NCBI GenBank assembly: GCA_026389555.1
Contig: JAPLHQ010000018.1
Location: 1 to 52,001 of the forward strand
Direction of reading: 5' to 3'
Source: Chloroflexota bacterium
GTDB taxonomy: Bacteria; Chloroflexota; Limnocylindria; Limnocylindrales; Limnocylindraceae
DNA length: 52,001 nt
The notes below the pieces were generated by a model. That model was not told the origin of the DNA and ran no database searches. It saw only the letters and a program-made list of their open reading frames with translations. Of this stretch, positions 47,532 to 52,001 are shown one piece after another. A program made the translations under genes and the position numbers. How positions within the stretch are numbered: position 1 is the stretch's first letter; each line of letters opens with the position of its first letter.

Positions 47532-49817
47532 CTATGCGCTGATCGGCTCAGCCGGGAGCAGCTCGACGATTGCGTTGTAGTCAGGGACGTGGCTGATCGG
47601 GTCACGGTGCGTCCCGTTAATCAGTGGATTCGCCTCGGGGAAGTGCATCTGTACGCTCCCAGCGCGGATCGGAGAGATCTTGACCTGCGCCCGAACTTCG
47701 CCTGTTGCACTGCGAACCTGCACGACGGCTCCATCAACAAGGCCGCGCGCTGCGGCATCAGCGGCAGAGATGAGGATGTCGCTACGCATTGCGCCATTGA
47801 GTGGATCTTTATCTTTCCAGACCATGGAGTTGAACTGCTTCCCGCGGCGTGTGGAGAGGTTGAGCATGCCCACTGGAAGTGTTGCCTCAATCGGAAGGAC
47901 GGTGGCGAAGTGCGCCTTCCCATCCACTGTTGCAAAGATCTGCCCTTCGCAGAGGCGCTCCCCGCCCCACTGAATCGCATCGCCGCTTTCCTTCAGGGTC
48001 TCAATCCCCGCGTATGAAGGAACAATGCGCGCGATCTCTTCGCGAATCGCCTGTGTGCCGCCAGGGAAAGCGACGAGGTGCGCGCGGGCTGGATCCACCA
48101 CCTGCGCAAGTTGCGTGAAGACCTCCCACTCTGGTCGCGCTTCACCGATACGCGGCCCAGGGATCTCGGGGCTGAAGGCAACACGTCGCTCGGTAGTTGT
48201 CTCTGTCCCGCCGCCCGGCACTTCATAGCGCGTGGTTGCGGGGAGGAGGAGTACGGCCTCACCCGGATCTACAAGCATCTGGCTGCTGATCACGATGTCT
48301 TGATGGACGCGAAGCGGCACCTTTGCAAGTGTGCGGGCAACCGCGTCTGGGTCTGGCATTGTCTCCAAGAAGTTGCCGCCAACACTCCAGAGCACATCGA
48401 TCTCGCCACGATCTGCGGCGTCGAGCTGCTGCGGCGCGGAGCGTCCGTTCACTGCGCTGATCGGGAAGCCGTACGCGGCGGCGAGTGGCTCGGTGTAGCG
48501 CGACTCAATCGGAAGGCCCCCAGGGAGCGCCGTTGCGTATGCGCCCATCTCTGCGCCGCCCTGCACGCCGCTATGTCCTCGGATCGGCATCAGCCCAGCG
48601 CCCGGTCGACCAATGTTGCCGCGCGCAAGCCCAAGGTTGACGATCGCCGCAACGTTCTCGCTACCGCACGCCTGCTGTGTGATCCCCATTGACCAGACCA
48701 GAACTGCCGACTTTGCGCCACCGTACATCGCGCAAAACGTCTCAAGTTCTTCGCGCTTCGCACCAGACATCGCCAAGTATTCGTCAATCGAGCGCGCGCC
48801 GAGTGCCGCACGCAGATCACTCCAGCCAGCGCTCTTCTCCTGGATAAACTGCTGATCAAGGGCGCCCATCTCCTCAAGGCGCAGCAGCGCCGCGCTGATA
48901 AAGGCGATGTCGCCCCCCTGTGCAACCTGCACCCAGGCGTCGGCCATCTTCGTCCCGAAGAGGAGCGAGTCAACGTTGCTCGGAACCCAGTAGCGATCGA
49001 GCCCTGGCTCGCGATACGGGTTCACCACGATAATCTTTGCGCCACGCTTCTTGGCAAGGTGCAGATACTTCATGAAGACCGGCTGCGCGTTCGCAACGTT
49101 GGAGCCGAACAAGATGATGAGGTCGCTCTCAATAACATCACGGTACGAAACCGTCGTGGCGCCGTAACCAATGCCGTGCTTCAACGCACCAGTGCTTGGC
49201 GCATGGCAGATGCGCGCCGCGTTATCAACGTCGTTTGTCCCAAGGAAGCGCACCACCTTCTGGATGGCGTAGTACATCTCATTCATGATGCCGCGCGCGG
49301 TGAGGAAGAAGGAGATGCGCGCAGGGCCTGCCGCCTTGATCTGTGATCCAGCGATCTGCAGTGCGCGATCCCAGCTGATGCGCTTGAAGCCAGCTTCGCC
49401 GCGCATGCGCAACATTGGATACGGCAGCCTGCCGAGTGCGCGGAGCTCTGTCGATGAGAGTGCGCGGAGCGCCGTAACATCGGCGAGTCGCTCAGGATCA
49501 AGCGCGCGCGCCGTGTTCACCTGCAGCAGATTCAGGCGTGTGGTGCAGAGGTGAAGTCCGTCGATCGTCCAATCTTTAAAGCCAGCGACGCCAAGGGCGC
49601 AGCCGTCGCAGACCCCCTTACTGAGGATGCGCCAGGCGTAGCGAAGATTGCCGCGGTTCTCCCAGATCGTGCGCAGCGTCTCCGTGACGTGATTCGGCTT
49701 CTGCAGGCCGAACCCATTCGGGCGCCAGCTGACGAAGAGGGATGGCTTGGGGATCCACGAGCCGCCGTAGCGCTTGCGTGGTGCGGGGGGCTGCACGGGT
49801 GTGGGGGTGGCGCTCAT
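47532..49817 (-). CDS. FdhF/YdeP-family molybdopterin oxidoreductase
   Basis: 761 aa. The N-terminal block LQKPNHVTETLRTIWENRGNLRYAWRILSKGVCDGCALG is characteristic of the YdeP family. MGD-binding domains follow. No in-frame TGA. Confidence 0.85.
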   Translation of the reverse strand: MSATPTPVQPPAPRKRYGGSWIPKPSLFVSWRPNGFGLQKPNHVTETLRTIWENRGNLRYAWRILSKGVCDGCALGVAGFKDWTIDGLHLCTTRLNLLQVNTARALDPERLADVTALRALSSTELRALGRLPYPMLRMRGEAGFKRISWDRALQIAGSQIKAAGPARISFFLTARGIMNEMYYAIQKVVRFLGTNDVDNAARICHAPSTGALKHGIGYGATTVSYRDVIESDLIILFGSNVANAQPVFMKYLHLAKKRGAKIIVVNPYREPGLDRYWVPSNVDSLLFGTKMADAWVQVAQGGDIAFISAALLRLEEMGALDQQFIQEKSAGWSDLRAALGARSIDEYLAMSGAKREELETFCAMYGGAKSAVLVWSMGITQQACGSENVAAIVNLGLARGNIGRPGAGLMPIRGHSGVQGGAEMGAYATALPGGLPIESRYTEPLAAAYGFPISAVNGRSAPQQLDAADRGEIDVLWSVGGNFLETMPDPDAVARTLAKVPLRVHQDIVISSQMLVDPGEAVLLLPATTRYEVPGGGTETTTERRVAFSPEIPGPRIGEARPEWEVFTQLAQVVDPARAHLVAFPGGTQAIREEIARIVPSYAGIETLKESGDAIQWGGERLCEGQIFATVDGKAHFATVLPIEATLPVGMLNLSTRRGKQFNSMVWKDKDPLNGAMRSDILISAADAAARGLVDGAVVQVRSATGEVRAQVKISPIRAGSVQMHFPEANPLINGTHRDPISHVPDYNAIVELLPAEPISA

Positions 49818-49925
49818 AGGGCGAGTCTAGCGGCGCGCCGAAGCGAGCGGCGGGTGGCGTGGGAGGGTACGATCCGCGCGCCGAGAACTCCTCGGCTCGT
49901 ATCACCGCAAGCGGAAGGGGTTCAG

Positions 49926-51230
49926 ATGCCTGCCAGCGTGATCGTCGGCCTACAGTGGGGCGACGAGGGGAAGGGGAAGACGACCGACTTCCTCGCCGAG
50001 CAGGTTGCGATGGTCGTGCGCTACCAGGGCGGCGACAACGCCGGACACACGATCGTCATCGGCGAAGACACCTTCAAGCTCCACCTTGTCCCGAGCGGCG
50101 TCCTCTACGGCCACATCACGCCGGTCATTGGGCCGGGGGTGGTGGTGAACCCAGCAACGCTGCTGCGCGAGTTTGACGAACTCACCGCGCGCGGCATTGA
50201 TGTCTCTCATGTGCGCGTCAGCCATGCCGCGTCACTGATCCTGCCGTATCACGTTGCACTCGATAAGGCGCGTGAGGCGGCACTCGGCGGCGCAAAGGTT
50301 GGGACAACCGGACGCGGGATTGGACCAGCGTATGAGGATCGTGCCGCGCGCACCGGCCTCCGCGTTGAAGACCTTATTGACCCCGCCTCCGCTGCAACGC
50401 GACTTGCGCGCGCACTCCCAGAGAAGCGCGCACTGCTGAAGGCGCTCAATGCCGAAGATGCCGCAGCGGTTGACGCAGATGCAATTGCAAAACAGATCGC
50501 CGCATGGGGTGAGCGACTCCGCCCAGATACCACCGATCTTGTGCAGCGCGCACTCGCCGCAGGTGAACACCTTCTCTTTGAAGGCGCGCAGGGCACACTC
50601 CTTGATCTAAGTCACGGCTCATATCCATACGTGACCTCATCGCATCCGATCGCTGGCGGCGCTGCAACGGGTGGTGGTATTGCACCGATGCAGATTGACG
50701 AAGTGATGGGCGTGATGAAGGCGTACGCCACGCGCGTTGGATCTGGACCGTTCGTCACGGAACTCACCGACGCGATCGGTGAACGCATCACCACAACCGG
50801 GCATGAGGTTGGTACCACCACCGGTCGACGCCGCCGCGTTGGCTGGAACGATGCGCTGCCACTTCGCTATGCGGTGCAACTGAATGGCGTTTCCAGCATC
50901 ATGCTGAACAAGCTCGACGTGCTCTCTGGAATTCCGGAGATTTTGCTCTGCGTTGCCTATGAGATTGACGGTAAGCGCGTGGAGCGTTGGCCATCGTCTA
51001 CCGCTGAGATGGAACGCGCAACGCCAATCTACGAGCGTTTCCCTGGATGGAGCGAACCGATCCACCAAGTGCGCGCACTCGCCGACCTCCCAGAGAACGC
51101 GCGTCGCTACGTCACGGCACTTGAAGAGATTGCTGGTGCGCCGATCGTCCTCCTATCTGTTGGCCCTGAGCGCACACAGACGATTGAACGCGCCTGGCGA
51201 CCGATGCGCCGCGCAACAAAGCGCGCCTAA
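49926..51230 (+). CDS. purA: adenylosuccinate synthetase
   Basis: VIVGLQWGDEGKGKTTD, GGDNAGHT and TTGRGIGPAYEDR. ATG at 49926 follows GGAAGGGG. ORF-track start 49551 is rejected. Confidence 0.95.
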   Translation: MPASVIVGLQWGDEGKGKTTDFLAEQVAMVVRYQGGDNAGHTIVIGEDTFKLHLVPSGVLYGHITPVIGPGVVVNPATLLREFDELTARGIDVSHVRVSHAASLILPYHVALDKAREAALGGAKVGTTGRGIGPAYEDRAARTGLRVEDLIDPASAATRLARALPEKRALLKALNAEDAAAVDADAIAKQIAAWGERLRPDTTDLVQRALAAGEHLLFEGAQGTLLDLSHGSYPYVTSSHPIAGGAATGGGIAPMQIDEVMGVMKAYATRVGSGPFVTELTDAIGERITTTGHEVGTTTGRRRRVGWNDALPLRYAVQLNGVSSIMLNKLDVLSGIPEILLCVAYEIDGKRVERWPSSTAEMERATPIYERFPGWSEPIHQVRALADLPENARRYVTALEEIAGAPIVLLSVGPERTQTIERAWRPMRRATKRA

Positions 51231-51242
51231 AGGGGTGACGAG

Positions 51243-52001
51243 ATGATTGAGCGCTACACACGCCCAGAGATGAGCGCCGTTTGGGGTGAGGCGGCTCGCT
51301 GGGAGGCGGCACTCCGCGTTGAGATCGCCGTTGCCCAAGCACAGGCGAAGCGCGGCGACATCCCCGCCGCTGCGGCACAGGCGATCGCAACGCGCGCCAA
51401 GGTCAACCTCCCGCGCATCGCAGAGCTTGAGGCGACGCTCGATCACGACACGCTCGCCTTCGTGAATGCCGTTGCAGAGTCAATCGGCGCTGAGGGGCGC
51501 TACCTCCACTTCGGCCTCACCAGTAGTGATGTCATTGACACGGCGCTCGCGCTGCAGTTGCGCGCCGCGAGTGACCTCATTCTCGCCGAACTTGATGCGC
51601 TGATCGTTGTCATCATCCGTCGCGCCCGCGAGGAGCGCGACACCGTGATGGCGGGTCGCACCCACTCCGTGCACGCCGAGCCGATGACGCTCGGCGCCAA
51701 GCTCGCCGGTTGGGCCTTTGAGGTGGCACGTGACCGCGAGCGCCTCGCTCTGGCTGCGGACGAGGTGGCGACCGGGAAGATCTCAGGGCCAGTTGGGACC
51801 TACAGCCAGATCAGCCCGCAGATTGAGCGTGAGGCGCTCGCCGCGCTGAAGCTGCGCGTGGACCCTGTGAGCACGCAGGTTGTCCAGCGTGATCGGCATG
51901 CGGCGCTCGTTGCTGCGATCGCGATCACGGGGGGCACGCTCGAACGTTTCGCGACCGAGATTCGCAATCTGCAACACAGCGAGATTGATGAGTTGCGTGA
52001 G
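51243..52001 (+). CDS. purB: adenylosuccinate lyase (5' part, runs off window)
   Basis: ATG at 51243, with the frame open to the window end. Translation is MIERYTRPEMSAVWGEAARWEAALRVEIAVAQAQAKRGDIP..., and later TVMAGRTHSVHAEP, which is the fumarate-lyase-family signature region. Not in the ORF track because there is no stop in the window. Confidence 0.85.
   Translation, partial: MIERYTRPEMSAVWGEAARWEAALRVEIAVAQAQAKRGDIPAAAAQAIATRAKVNLPRIAELEATLDHDTLAFVNAVAESIGAEGRYLHFGLTSSDVIDTALALQLRAASDLILAELDALIVVIIRRAREERDTVMAGRTHSVHAEPMTLGAKLAGWAFEVARDRERLALAADEVATGKISGPVGTYSQISPQIEREALAALKLRVDPVSTQVVQRDRHAALVAAIAITGGTLERFATEIRNLQHSEIDELRE

Noticed and set aside
47244-48017. 257-aa plus-strand ORF (also 48078..48692, 204 aa)
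   Set aside because: They are antisense to the YdeP-family oxidoreductase, which reads through uninterrupted with family-specific motifs.
47532-49817. Selenocysteine (in-frame TGA) in the FdhF/YdeP-family enzyme
   Set aside because: The ORF is continuous with no internal TGA, and no SECIS-like hairpin needs to be invoked.

Overview
GC-rich (roughly 60-65%) bacterial chromosomal window. It is densely coding (about 50 CDS) and dominated by housekeeping genes. OpcA, the Arg/Gly-rich Rho N-terminus and frequent GTG starts suggest Actinomycetota or a neighbouring high-GC lineage, but this is inference only. All family calls come from motifs I recognised in the translated ORFs; no searches were run.

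Gene order, left to right:
- A long minus-strand run: rho, transaldolase, pyrG, an EamA transporter, and an ABC-2 exporter (two permeases plus ATPase).
- A plus-strand pentose-phosphate operon: tkt-rpiB-pgi-gnd-zwf-opcA-pgl.
- A small accessory-looking minus-strand module: a TasA/camelysin-like secreted protein, a SipW-type signal peptidase fused to a second TasA-like domain, and a LamG protein.
- tdk and a lysA-like decarboxylase.
- pstSCAB followed by an SBP-like lipoprotein where phoU usually sits.
- Two divergent EamA transporters, then ybaK and a ycaQ/alkZ-like glycosylase.
- livJHMGF, in which LivG carries an internal two-helix hydrophobic insertion.
- manA-like, DUF167, aspC, a GlsB/YeaQ small membrane protein, and citrate synthase.
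- A tightly packed nine-gene minus-strand array: YdeP-type molybdoenzyme, mobA, CPD photolyase, DUF2256 zinc ribbon, FeS (6-4)-type photolyase, MFS, php, a GATase1-like protein, and DinB.
- purA and partial purB.

I found no rRNA, tRNA, CRISPR array, transposase, integrase or phage genes.

The best candidate for an undescribed system is the TasA-like/SipW-fusion/LamG operon at 17182-19405. Secondary oddities are the LivG membrane-hairpin insertion, the photolyase/DUF2256 coupling, the php module, strong intercistronic hairpins after both binding-protein genes, and a 16-nt tandem duplication that creates a stop/start relay at the mobA-phr junction.
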